Positions 10,317-19,709 of a stretch of DNA of 64,000 bases are shown here, one piece after another. Position 1 is the first letter of the stretch, and each line of letters starts with the position of its first letter. The notes under the pieces are model-generated. The model saw only the letters and a program-made list of their open reading frames with translations. It made no database searches and was not told where the DNA came from. The stretch lies in assembly GCA_902635865.1 (NCBI GenBank), contig CACPPD010000002.1:90887-154886 (forward strand), written 5' to 3'. The position numbers were made by a program, and so were the translations under genes. This DNA is from an uncultured Pelagibacteraceae bacterium. Lineage in GTDB: Bacteria; Pseudomonadota; Alphaproteobacteria; Pelagibacterales; Pelagibacteraceae.

Positions 10317-11480
10317 ATGAGAATTAGAGAATATCCTTACTATCCACCACAACTAATCAACAAAATAAACAAAATATTAAAATCAGGTAAAGTTAATTAT
10401 TGGACAGGAGACCAGGGGGTATTGTTTGAAAAAGAATTTTCAAGGTATGTGGGAAATAAATACTCTATTGCGGTATCAAATGGAAGTGTTGCACTAGAAA
10501 TGGCATTAAAAGCATTTAAATTAAAAAAAAATGATAAAATAATCGTTACACCAAGATCATTTATAATATCCTCAAGTTGTGTAATAAATTTAGGTTTAAA
10601 GCCTATATTTGCTGATGTAGATTTAAATGGAAATTTAAGTATAGAGGGTATTAAAAAGTCATATACAAGTAAGGTAAAAGCAATAATTGTTGTTCATCTA
10701 AACGGTTTTCCTTGTGATTTAGATCCTATAATTAGTTTTGCTAAAAAGAATAATATTAAAATAATAGAAGATTGCTCACAAGCACACGGTGCTAAATATA
10801 AAAATAAACCAGTTGGTTCTTTTGGAGATATCTCCACGTGGTCATTTTGTCAAGATAAGATAATTTCAACCGGAGGTGAGGGGGGAATGATTTCAACAAA
10901 TAACAAAAAGTTTTGGAATACATGTTGGTCTTTAAAAGATCATGGAAAAAATTATGCTGGTGTTTTCTATAAAAAACATAATTTAGGTTTTAAATGGCTT
11001 CATGATAACTATGGTACTAATTATAGAATGACAGAAATTCAAGCTGTAATAGGTAGATATCAATTAAAAAATTTAGATTCTCAAATAAAAAAAAGAAATC
11101 AAATTGCAAAAAAAATTATTAATTCATTAAAATTATTTTGGAATAAATATAAGTTAATTTCAGAGCCAAACTTTAAATGTTATGAATGTACTCATGCTTA
11201 TTATAGATTAAATATTTATATTAATGTTAAGAGAAGAGAAAAAATTAAATTACTAAAATATATGAATAAAAAGAAAATAAACTGCAATGAAGGACCATGT
11301 CCAGAAATTTATAAAGAAAAAATTTTTAAAAAATTAAAAATATTTCCATCACGAAAACTTATTAATACAGTAGAATTAGGTAAAAAAAGTATTGCATACC
11401 ACATAAACCCATATATTAAATCACATAAATTAAAAAATGATATTAGAAATTTAAAACTAATATTTTCGAAATTCGTATAA
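10317..11480 (+). CDS. DegT/DnrJ sugar 4-aminotransferase (Neisseria PglC / Acinetobacter WeeJ-QhbB type)
   Basis: KVNYWTG, IEDCSQAHGA, SFCQDKIISTGGEGG (PLP lysine). Confidence 0.92.
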   Translation: MRIREYPYYPPQLINKINKILKSGKVNYWTGDQGVLFEKEFSRYVGNKYSIAVSNGSVALEMALKAFKLKKNDKIIVTPRSFIISSSCVINLGLKPIFADVDLNGNLSIEGIKKSYTSKVKAIIVVHLNGFPCDLDPIISFAKKNNIKIIEDCSQAHGAKYKNKPVGSFGDISTWSFCQDKIISTGGEGGMISTNNKKFWNTCWSLKDHGKNYAGVFYKKHNLGFKWLHDNYGTNYRMTEIQAVIGRYQLKNLDSQIKKRNQIAKKIINSLKLFWNKYKLISEPNFKCYECTHAYYRLNIYINVKRREKIKLLKYMNKKKINCNEGPCPEIYKEKIFKKLKIFPSRKLINTVELGKKSIAYHINPYIKSHKLKNDIRNLKLIFSKFV

Positions 11481-12080
11481 ATGTATAGGAAGTTTTTTAA
11501 AGATCTAATTGATTTTTATTTAGCCATTTTATTGTTTTTACTTTTATTCCCTTTAATAATAATCATTTACTTAATTTTATATATTTTAATTGGTTCACCA
11601 ATTTATTTTCAAAAAAGACCTGGATATTTGAATAAACCATTTACAATTTATAAATTCAAAACTTTAATTGATAAAAAATGTAGAGTCCAAAAGTCAAAAA
11701 AAAAGAATTTTAAGTTTGGTAATTTTTTGAGAAAAACTGGGCTAGATGAAATACCACAATTAATAAACATTTTAAGGGGCGAAATGAGCTTTATTGGTCC
11801 TCGCCCACTATTAATGAGATATTTAAAATTAAGACCCTTTATTAATCATTCAAGAAGTAAATGTCTACCTGGAATTTCCGGATTAGCACAAATTCAAAGA
11901 AATAAAAAAGATAATAAAGGCAAGTGGAAGTCACAGCTTGATTTTGATAAATATTACTTTGAAAATTTATCTTTATTTTTAGACTTAAAAATTTTTTTAC
12001 TTACATTAATTAAAATATTTTTATTAAATAGAAAACAGGACTATTTGGTGGAGAAGCCTTTAACTAAAAAAAGTATATAA
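11481..12080 (+). CDS. Monotopic phosphoglycosyl transferase (Campylobacter PglC / ItrA type initiating transferase)
   Basis: QKRPG, YKFKT, LRKTGLDEIPQLINILRGEMSFIGPRP, PGISGLAQ. Confidence 0.92.
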   Translation: MYRKFFKDLIDFYLAILLFLLLFPLIIIIYLILYILIGSPIYFQKRPGYLNKPFTIYKFKTLIDKKCRVQKSKKKNFKFGNFLRKTGLDEIPQLINILRGEMSFIGPRPLLMRYLKLRPFINHSRSKCLPGISGLAQIQRNKKDNKGKWKSQLDFDKYYFENLSLFLDLKIFLLTLIKIFLLNRKQDYLVEKPLTKKSI

Positions 12081-12131
12081 TTTAAATATAGATATTTGTA
12101 TTTTTTTATTTAAAAATGAATATAAGAAAGA

Positions 12132-12356
12132 ATGTCTAAAAATTCAAAAAAAATACTAAATCATTTATCAAAAATTCTTGAAAAAAAAAATTTAAAACCC
12201 ACTGATAATATCTCGGAACTTAAACTATTTGACTCAATTATAATTTTGCAAATAATAAATATGTGTAACTTGAACTTTAAAAAAAAAATTGATGGTTTAC
12301 AAATATCAAAATGTAAAAAAATAATTGATATTATAAATCTGATCGAAAAAAAGTGA
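12132..12356 (+). CDS. Acyl carrier protein
   Basis: 74 aa; FDSII matches the (W/F)DSL phosphopantetheine site; overlaps a KAS III gene. Confidence 0.7.
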   Translation: MSKNSKKILNHLSKILEKKNLKPTDNISELKLFDSIIILQIINMCNLNFKKKIDGLQISKCKKIIDIINLIEKK

Positions 12357-13396
12357 TAAAAGAAATAAATGGTATTAAAATTGAGGGCATATCTTGCTGT
12401 GTTCCCAAAAAAACAGTTTTAAATAAATATTCAAAAGAAAATCAGCATAGAGCAAGAGCAATAAAAGCAATTGGTATAGAAAGAAGACCAGTTGCTAATG
12501 AAAATATTAATACTTCGGATTTAGTTTTAAAGTCTGCAAAAAATATTTTAAAAAAACTTAAATGGAAAGTAAACGACGTTGATATTTTAATTTTTGTTAC
12601 ACAAACTCCAGATTATTTAACTCCAGCAACATCTGGTATTTTACAAGATAAGTTAAACCTAAAAAAATCAACTTTTGTTTTAGATATTAATCTTGGTTGC
12701 TCAGGGTATACACATGGTTTGATTACAATAAGCTCATTAATGCAAAATTTAAAACTTAAAAAGGGATTGCTAGCAGTAGGTGATGTCACTACTCAACTGG
12801 TAAATAATAAAGATAATGTATCAAATTTACTTTTTGGAGATGCAGGAAGTGTCACAGCATTATTGAATACTGAAAATAATTCAAATAAAATTTTATGTAA
12901 TTATTATTCAGATGGATCTGGTTTTGAAGATATTATAGTGAATACACATTCTTTATCTGGGAGAAATAAAATTTCAAAATCTGATTTTAAAAAAAAAAAA
13001 GATAAAAATAATAACATAAGATCTAATATAAATATTAAATTAAATGGACCTAATATTTTTAGTTTTGCAATTAATACAATTCCACCAACTTTAAAAAAAA
13101 TCTTAAAGAATGTAAAAAATATAAAATATTGTTTTCTTCATCAAGCTAATAAAATGATACAAGAAAATATTTCCTCTCACATTAAACAAAATTATAAAAA
13201 TGTTATCTTTCCTTCATCACTTAAAAACTTTGGAAATACTAGCTCTGCAAGTATCCCCATCACAATATGTAGCAATTTTTCAAAAAAAAAAATAAAAGGT
13301 AATTCAATATTTTGTGGTTTTGGAGTGGGTTTATCTATATCCACTGTTGTTGTAAATTTGAGTAAAACTAAGATTTTTAAAATAATTAAAATATGA
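12353..13396 (+). CDS. 3-oxoacyl-ACP synthase III (FabH-like)
   Basis: Cys-His-Asn triad: LGCSGY, FLHQAN, FGNTSSAS; FGDAG; GFGVGLS. Confidence 0.92.
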   Translation: MIKEINGIKIEGISCCVPKKTVLNKYSKENQHRARAIKAIGIERRPVANENINTSDLVLKSAKNILKKLKWKVNDVDILIFVTQTPDYLTPATSGILQDKLNLKKSTFVLDINLGCSGYTHGLITISSLMQNLKLKKGLLAVGDVTTQLVNNKDNVSNLLFGDAGSVTALLNTENNSNKILCNYYSDGSGFEDIIVNTHSLSGRNKISKSDFKKKKDKNNNIRSNINIKLNGPNIFSFAINTIPPTLKKILKNVKNIKYCFLHQANKMIQENISSHIKQNYKNVIFPSSLKNFGNTSSASIPITICSNFSKKKIKGNSIFCGFGVGLSISTVVVNLSKTKIFKIIKI

Positions 13397-14121
13397 AAAA
13401 TGTACTTGTAACAGGAGCAACATCTGGAATTGGATTAAATTACGTAAAAAAAAATTTAAATAAAGATTACAATTTTTTTTTAATAGGTAGAAATTTTACT
13501 GATTTAAAAAATTATATTAAAAATAAAAAAATTAAGTCAAAAATAAAATTTATAAATTTTGATTTTAAAAAAAAAATTGGATTATTTAATTTTAATAAAA
13601 TACCAAAACTTGATTATATTGTGTTATCAGCGGGTATAGCTAAATACAATTTAATAAAAGATTTTAATGAAAATATATTTGATGAAGTAATAAATATTAA
13701 TTTAATTCAAACATCAAAATTTGTTGGTTTTTTAGTTAAAAAAAACAAAATAAATGAATATGCATCTATAGTAGTTATTTCGTCGATTAGTGGTTGTAAA
13801 ATGGCTTTCAAACTTAATTATGCTTATTCAATTTCTAAAGCTGGGTTAAAAGCAATGGTAGAGACATTAGCATGTGAATTAGCAAGCAAGTATATAAGAG
13901 TAAATTCTGTTGCTCCGGGAATGGTAGAAACTCCATTAAATAAAAAATTGAGCAATGATGATTATTTCACCAAAATTGATAAAACTAAATATTTACTTGG
14001 TAAAAGATACGCAAAAGTAAAAGAAATTAGTGATGTGATTAATTTTTTATTGTCAAAAAATTCATCTTTTATTACTGGTCAAACAATTATTGTAGATGGT
14101 GGTTTTACACTGACGAAATGA
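13393..14121 (+). CDS. SDR oxidoreductase, FabG-like
   Basis: TGATSGIG, YSISK (YxxxK), NSVAPG, ITGQTIIVDGG. Confidence 0.88.
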   Translation: MKNVLVTGATSGIGLNYVKKNLNKDYNFFLIGRNFTDLKNYIKNKKIKSKIKFINFDFKKKIGLFNFNKIPKLDYIVLSAGIAKYNLIKDFNENIFDEVININLIQTSKFVGFLVKKNKINEYASIVVISSISGCKMAFKLNYAYSISKAGLKAMVETLACELASKYIRVNSVAPGMVETPLNKKLSNDDYFTKIDKTKYLLGKRYAKVKEISDVINFLLSKNSSFITGQTIIVDGGFTLTK

Positions 14122-14714
14122 AAAAATTTTATAATAAATTTTATTTTGTTGGATCTGGTGGCTATGGAAAACAACTATCATATATGACAAAGAAAAATCA
14201 GATTATTAAATCACCAATATTTGTTGACGATAAACTTGATTTAAATATTAAAAAATTTTTCAAATTAAATGAAATTATTCACTATAATATTTTTGTTGGA
14301 AAACCAAATAAAAGAGAAAAAATATTTAATTATTTGAAAAAGAAAAAAAATTTTAATTACTCTACTTTAATTCTACCAAATTCATTTATTTACACTGATA
14401 AAATAAAGAATGGATGTATTATAGAGCACCATGTTCTTATTTCAACTCAAGCTTCAATAGGTAATGGTAGTTTAATTCTAACAGGTTCTGTTATAGGTCA
14501 TAACTCTAAAATAGGAAATTTTTGTAATGTTGGTTCAAATGTAACTATTTCTGGAAATGTTAAAATAGGTAAAAAAGTCGAGATAGGGAGTCAAACCTTT
14601 ATTTCAAATAATTTAAGCATATGTGATAATGTCATAATTGCACCTGGTTCCACTGTATTAAAAAATATTACAAAGCCAGGTGTATATAATAGCAATATTC
14701 TTATTAAGTTTTGA
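14118..14714 (+). CDS. Hexapeptide-repeat sugar N-acyltransferase (PglD/NeuD family)
   Basis: GSGGYG and FVDD N-terminal domain; left-handed beta-helix repeats with IGHN. Confidence 0.85.
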   Translation: MKKFYNKFYFVGSGGYGKQLSYMTKKNQIIKSPIFVDDKLDLNIKKFFKLNEIIHYNIFVGKPNKREKIFNYLKKKKNFNYSTLILPNSFIYTDKIKNGCIIEHHVLISTQASIGNGSLILTGSVIGHNSKIGNFCNVGSNVTISGNVKIGKKVEIGSQTFISNNLSICDNVIIAPGSTVLKNITKPGVYNSNILIKF

Positions 14715-15643
14715 TGCAAAACATAAAAGAAAAATTAATTTCTACTAAGCTAAAATCTAACGGTTTTTTTGTTATTAAAAATTTTATAAAAAAAACAGAT
14801 TTGGATAATAATTTTTTAAATTATTTAAAAAAAAAAGAAAAATTTGTTGATGGTGTTATTCATGGAATAGACAATAAATTTTATAATAAAATAAATAATA
14901 AAATCGGAAGACTAGCTTCAAATCTCACTAGCAAAAGCTTACAAATAAGTAATCAAAAATTTTGTTATTTTTCAATAAAGATAAAAAAATCAAATAACAA
15001 AATTCCAAAATTGATAAAACCATTTAACGTTAATAAAGATCCCAAAGTTTTGCCTGGAGGTATATTAAACTGGCACATTGATCATTACACTTATTATTTC
15101 CACAAAGATCATAAAAATTATTTAATTTGTTATCTTCCAATTCTTAAACCAAATAAAAATTACTCAAACGTTGCTTTAATTCCATACAATATTTTAAAAA
15201 AAAAAGATGTAAAAACTTACAACAGAATTAAATATAGAGGTGCTGTAAGATTTAGAAAAGTAGAAAAAGATACAAAACCTTGGTTCGATCTTAGATTTAA
15301 AAAAAATACAAAAATTGGAAACTGGTATGCACTTGATGATTATTTAGATGATGTCAATGGTTGGAAATTAAATTTAGATTTAGAAAAAAATAAAATTGTT
15401 CCAAAGTTAGGTCTTTATGATCTACTGATCATGAGAGCCGATGTAATACATAAAACAAATGATGCAATAACAGATAGGATCGCAATAAGATGTGATATTT
15501 TGCCTTATAAAGCAAAACATGAACAGTCATTTGTGGGATTTTTAAATATATGTTTTAAATATTATTTTGAAACTACCAAAGCCAAATATAATTTAAAAAG
15601 ATATATTAAAAACTATATTAATAAATTTTTTAGATATGAATAA
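14711..15643 (+). CDS. Putative Fe(II)/2-oxoglutarate dioxygenase (divergent PhyH-like)
   Basis: NGFFVIKNF, WHID (HxD), distal VIHKT...DRIAIR. Confidence 0.65.
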   Translation: MMQNIKEKLISTKLKSNGFFVIKNFIKKTDLDNNFLNYLKKKEKFVDGVIHGIDNKFYNKINNKIGRLASNLTSKSLQISNQKFCYFSIKIKKSNNKIPKLIKPFNVNKDPKVLPGGILNWHIDHYTYYFHKDHKNYLICYLPILKPNKNYSNVALIPYNILKKKDVKTYNRIKYRGAVRFRKVEKDTKPWFDLRFKKNTKIGNWYALDDYLDDVNGWKLNLDLEKNKIVPKLGLYDLLIMRADVIHKTNDAITDRIAIRCDILPYKAKHEQSFVGFLNICFKYYFETTKAKYNLKRYIKNYINKFFRYE

Positions 15644-16457
15644 TAATAGCGTTACAGAAAAGACTAAAAATTTGATTAAAAATAAAAAATTTATAGCCAA
15701 AGCTATTAATCATAATATTTTAGAAGATTTAGGATTTTTTGTTATTAAAAATGCTTTTCCTTTAGATACAGTAGAAAAATTTCGTATGAATTTTTTAAAC
15801 TTATTCGAAAAAAAAAAATTACATAAAACAAAACAGCACCCAGTTGAAGTCAAGATTGAAGGCAGGAAATTGTTCGAAAAAATTTATAAAGATAAAAATT
15901 TAAAAAAAATTGTTAAAGGTTTTTTTAACGGACGAGTTGGTTCAGATTTTTTTAGAATTGTCAAAAAAGATTATAAAAACTCCTCTGCAGTTTTCTGCCA
16001 TCAAGATACTGGTTATCAGATGGGTAATTTTGACAGATTTTCATTATTTATTAGCTTAACTAACAATAACAACTTAAATGGAGGGATGGTTATTTATCCA
16101 TCTACTCATAAGTTTGGTTATTTAGGTGATGCAGGAGAAATTTCAAAAAAAATTACAAAAAAATACTTTAAAATATGTCCAAACTTAAAAGAGGGTGACG
16201 TTTTAGTAATGCACTCAGCCTTATGGCATGAGTCGAATAAAAATTTTAAAAAGACAAATAGAATTTACTTAGAAATACATATTCAAAACCTTGATGATCC
16301 AAATACTAAATATAATATTATTGGAAAAAGTAAAAAAGTTATAAAACCATTATTTGATAGAAATAATATATTTTCAAATTCAAGAGTAAGTAGAATTATA
16401 AAATTTAAAAAACAAATTCGTTTATTAGAAAAAAAATATTTAATTAATGATAAGTAA
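15636..16457 (+). CDS. Phytanoyl-CoA dioxygenase family (PhyH) Fe(II)/2OG enzyme
   Basis: GFFVIKNAF, CHQD, NGGMVIYPSTHK, GDVLVMHSALWHES...R. Confidence 0.85.
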   Translation: MNNNSVTEKTKNLIKNKKFIAKAINHNILEDLGFFVIKNAFPLDTVEKFRMNFLNLFEKKKLHKTKQHPVEVKIEGRKLFEKIYKDKNLKKIVKGFFNGRVGSDFFRIVKKDYKNSSAVFCHQDTGYQMGNFDRFSLFISLTNNNNLNGGMVIYPSTHKFGYLGDAGEISKKITKKYFKICPNLKEGDVLVMHSALWHESNKNFKKTNRIYLEIHIQNLDDPNTKYNIIGKSKKVIKPLFDRNNIFSNSRVSRIIKFKKQIRLLEKKYLINDK

Positions 16458-17280
16458 TAATTGTTTGATTTGTGAAAATGAGTGTAAAAATTACAAACAA
16501 TGGAACCAACACAAAATTCTAATTTGTAAGAATTGTACATTTTCATATATTCATTCAACTAAGTCTCAAGTCGAGGATGTGTTCTCTCCTTCAGAAAAAT
16601 CTTTTATAGATAAATCTATTGAAAATGATAAAGCAAGAAGTAATTTATTTGCTGAAAAAATTGTTAAAAATAGAATTAAAGTTTATGAGAAAATATTAAA
16701 AAAAAAACCATTAAATATTCTTGAAGTAGGTTGTGGAACAGCAGTATCTTCATATGGATACCTGAAAAATAATATAAACTATACAGGAATTGAATTAGAT
16801 AGGAATCTGTACAATTTTGCCATGAATAAATCTAGGAATGTTCTTTACGGTGATTTTTTGGAAACTAATTTTGATGAAAAATTTGATATAATATTCGCGA
16901 GTCAGGTTGTTGAACACATAGATAAACCTAATAATTTTTTTAAAAAATGTAACGAAATTTTAGAAAAAAATGGAATTTTACACATTGATGTTCCTAATGA
17001 TTTTTCAATGGTTTCATTTGTGCGTAAAATTTTTAAAAATAAAAAATATTATGGAGCAATTAGGCCACCTTATCATATGCGGGCATATTCTCCAAAATCT
17101 ATAAGTAAATTATTTTCAAGAAATCATTTCTATAATATAAAAGTTTTTTCAAAAATTAATTGGGACAGAACGTTTGGTCAATTAGTTGAGAATGTTTCAC
17201 TACAACGGGCTGTATTATTTCGTTTACAGCAATTATCAGGAATGAACAGTTTATTAATTGGATTGGCTCAAAAAAAATAA
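16447..17280 (+). CDS. Class I SAM-dependent methyltransferase with N-terminal CxxC..CxxC
   Basis: CLIC/CKNC; ILEVGCGT; FDII..QVVEHI; DVPN. Confidence 0.88.
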   Translation: MISNNCLICENECKNYKQWNQHKILICKNCTFSYIHSTKSQVEDVFSPSEKSFIDKSIENDKARSNLFAEKIVKNRIKVYEKILKKKPLNILEVGCGTAVSSYGYLKNNINYTGIELDRNLYNFAMNKSRNVLYGDFLETNFDEKFDIIFASQVVEHIDKPNNFFKKCNEILEKNGILHIDVPNDFSMVSFVRKIFKNKKYYGAIRPPYHMRAYSPKSISKLFSRNHFYNIKVFSKINWDRTFGQLVENVSLQRAVLFRLQQLSGMNSLLIGLAQKK

Positions 17281-17361
17281 TAGCTTTTTTTACCTAAGAA
17301 TATATTTTAATCTTTATGATTATTTATATGTTAATTTAGTTGAAAACTAAAAATTAATATC

Positions 17362-18336
17362 ATGCTAATACAATTTTTGCTTAATTTCCTTTTATCATTT
17401 ATCTTATTAAATTATTACTTATTTAAAATTAACTTTGCAAATTTAATTGATAAAAATTTGTCAGGGTATGGTAGTCAAAAAAAAACTAAAACTGCTTCTG
17501 GAATAGTATTTTCTGTAATTATATTAATTAATTTAGTCTATTATTATACCAGTGAAAACTATATTGAATTACTCCCAAATAGATTTTATGTATTTATTTT
17601 TTCAATTTTTTTATTGAGTTCAATTTCTTTTATTGACGATTTAAAACCATTAGATCCAAGATTGCGATTAATTGCACAAACTATAATAACTTATTTTTCT
17701 TTAACCTTAATAAATTTAGAATATTTTAATCTACCATTAAAACTAATAATATTTTTATCTTTATTCTTTTGGATTTATATTACAAACATAACTAATTTTA
17801 TTGATGGATCTGATGGATATTTAGCAGTTAATGCAATTTCATTTTTTTTAGGATTGATAATTGTTAATCAATTTATTGTTAATACTTTTTTTTCATATCA
17901 TATTGCTATTATTTTAGTGCCAATTTTGCTAAGTTTTATTTACTTTAACAGACCAAAGGCAAAATTATACATGGGTGATACTGGAAGTATCTTGATTGGT
18001 TATATTGTTGGTTTTTGTATTTTAGAATTAATTTTTAGTGATTATTGGTTTATTGCAATTAGTATATATTCCTATCCCTTTATTGACTGTTCTTTAACTT
18101 TACTAAAAAAAATTTTTTCTGGAAGGAGTGTTTTTAAAAGAGATTTTGATTATTTCTTTTTAATACCGATTAAAAAACTTCAGAAAAATAATTATAAAGT
18201 ATTATCAGTGTCAATTATTTACAATTTGTTAAATTTAATTGTTATTACATCTATTATGTACTTTGAAAACGTATTACTTGTTTTTATAAGTGTTATTCTT
18301 AGCTTGATTAAATTAAGAGTATTTCGATATTTATAA
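17362..18336 (+). CDS. MraY/WecA-family polyprenyl-phosphate HexNAc-1-phosphate transferase
   Basis: Multi-TM; SFIDDL, NFIDGSDG, YMGDTGS. Confidence 0.85.
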   Translation: MLIQFLLNFLLSFILLNYYLFKINFANLIDKNLSGYGSQKKTKTASGIVFSVIILINLVYYYTSENYIELLPNRFYVFIFSIFLLSSISFIDDLKPLDPRLRLIAQTIITYFSLTLINLEYFNLPLKLIIFLSLFFWIYITNITNFIDGSDGYLAVNAISFFLGLIIVNQFIVNTFFSYHIAIILVPILLSFIYFNRPKAKLYMGDTGSILIGYIVGFCILELIFSDYWFIAISIYSYPFIDCSLTLLKKIFSGRSVFKRDFDYFFLIPIKKLQKNNYKVLSVSIIYNLLNLIVITSIMYFENVLLVFISVILSLIKLRVFRYL

Positions 18337-18371
18337 AAAAGATATATTAATTTAAAAATTTAAATTTTTTT

Positions 18372-19523
18372 TTAATCAACTAAAATTTCTTTCCATATTT
18401 GTGAGTATCTATTAGTCATCTTTCCAATACTAAATTCATTGCCAATTCTTTTTTTTGCTTTAAAGCACATATTTTTCCAGTTGTTTGATTTAAGATCAAT
18501 TAAAGCTTTTTTTATTGTCATTGCAAGCTCCCTCGAATTGCTTGGCTGAACAATCCAACCAGTTTTTTCAACAATAATTGATGCATCACCAACATCAGTT
18601 GCAATACATGGTGTACCACAAGCCATTGCTTCGGCAACCACATTCGGAAATGCCTCTCCAGATTTACTAGACATGATATGAATATCAATAACATTCATTA
18701 TTACATTAATATCTTTTTGTGATCCTAGTAGTATAATTTCATTATGTAATTTAAATTTTTTGATCATTCCAATAAGTTTTTTATTTTTTTTATTAATTTC
18801 AAGACCTACTAGTATACATTTAAAAAAAACTTTATTTTTTTTCAAAAAATATAATGCTTCTAATAGGCTTTTATGATCTTTATGAGGACGAAAACGTGCA
18901 ACATTGCCCAATATTGGTACTTTTCTACTTAAATTATATTTACTTTTTAATAACTTCTCTCTTACCGGATTTGATTTAAATTTTTTTAAATCATATCCAT
19001 TAGCAATATAAATACTTTTCTTTTTATCATATCCAATTTTTTCATGAATTTTAATTGATTTTTGTGAACAGAATATTATTTTTTTCGGGATTATGTAGGA
19101 GAGTTTTGCTAAAATTTTGACTAAAATTAGTAAACTTTTTTTTGTTTCATTTTTGTCTAAATCTGAATGTCGAACATTCCAAATTATCTTTTTCACTCTA
19201 GCTAATTTAGCTGCTATACTTCCAAAAAAATCTGCATGATACAGCCAAGTTTGTACTATATTTGGTTTTTCTTCTCTTAAAATTTTTATTAATTTAATTA
19301 AAATTTTTATTAATTTAAATAATGAGGTAACAGAAAACATTGCTGATTTCATGTTCAGTGTATAAACTCTTATTTGGTTTTTTGATAAAAGTTCACCATA
19401 CTTTCCTTCATCTATTAATGACACCACAACATGTTCATTTTTAAAATCGTTACAACAAATTCTATATAAAACACCTTCAGCACCACCATCTCCTAAAGAG
19501 GTTATTATGTGTAAAATTTTCAT
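18372..19523 (-). CDS. GT4 glycosyltransferase
   Basis: GGAEG, QTWLYHAD, EAFPNVVAEAMACGTPCIATDVGD. Confidence 0.92.
   Translation of the reverse strand: MKILHIITSLGDGGAEGVLYRICCNDFKNEHVVVSLIDEGKYGELLSKNQIRVYTLNMKSAMFSVTSLFKLIKILIKLIKILREEKPNIVQTWLYHADFFGSIAAKLARVKKIIWNVRHSDLDKNETKKSLLILVKILAKLSYIIPKKIIFCSQKSIKIHEKIGYDKKKSIYIANGYDLKKFKSNPVREKLLKSKYNLSRKVPILGNVARFRPHKDHKSLLEALYFLKKNKVFFKCILVGLEINKKNKKLIGMIKKFKLHNEIILLGSQKDINVIMNVIDIHIMSSKSGEAFPNVVAEAMACGTPCIATDVGDASIIVEKTGWIVQPSNSRELAMTIKKALIDLKSNNWKNMCFKAKKRIGNEFSIGKMTNRYSQIWKEILVD
19277..19318. repeat. Perfect 21-bp tandem duplication, in frame (KLIKILI-KLIKILR)
   Basis: TTAAAATTTTTATTAATTTAA twice, at 19277-19297 and 19298-19318. Confidence 0.9.
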
Positions 19524-19709
19524 AAAAGAATTTTTTGTTAATTTGTAATTTAGTCCTTTTTCTATTACTTATAAAAATTATTATTAATAAACAAGGCTAT
19601 ATAAGACAAGTTAAATGATAAAACTTCTTAAATTTAAGCTCTTAAAAATTTTTATGTAATTTAAAAAAGAAATATAGTTTATTGTGATAAATATATTATA
19701 GATATTGAA

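Noticed and set aside
14711-16457. Possibility that the 2OG enzymes are halogenases
   Set aside because: Both keep HxD; halogenases replace the Asp with Gly or Ala
18337-18371. AAAAATTTAAATTTTT palindrome between convergent genes as a terminator
   Set aside because: A/T-only stem, too weak and expected by chance at this composition
19524-19709. Possible sRNA, riboswitch or JUMPstart/ops element in the longest intergenic region
   Set aside because: Very AT-rich, with no stable stem and no GGCGGTAG-like motif visible
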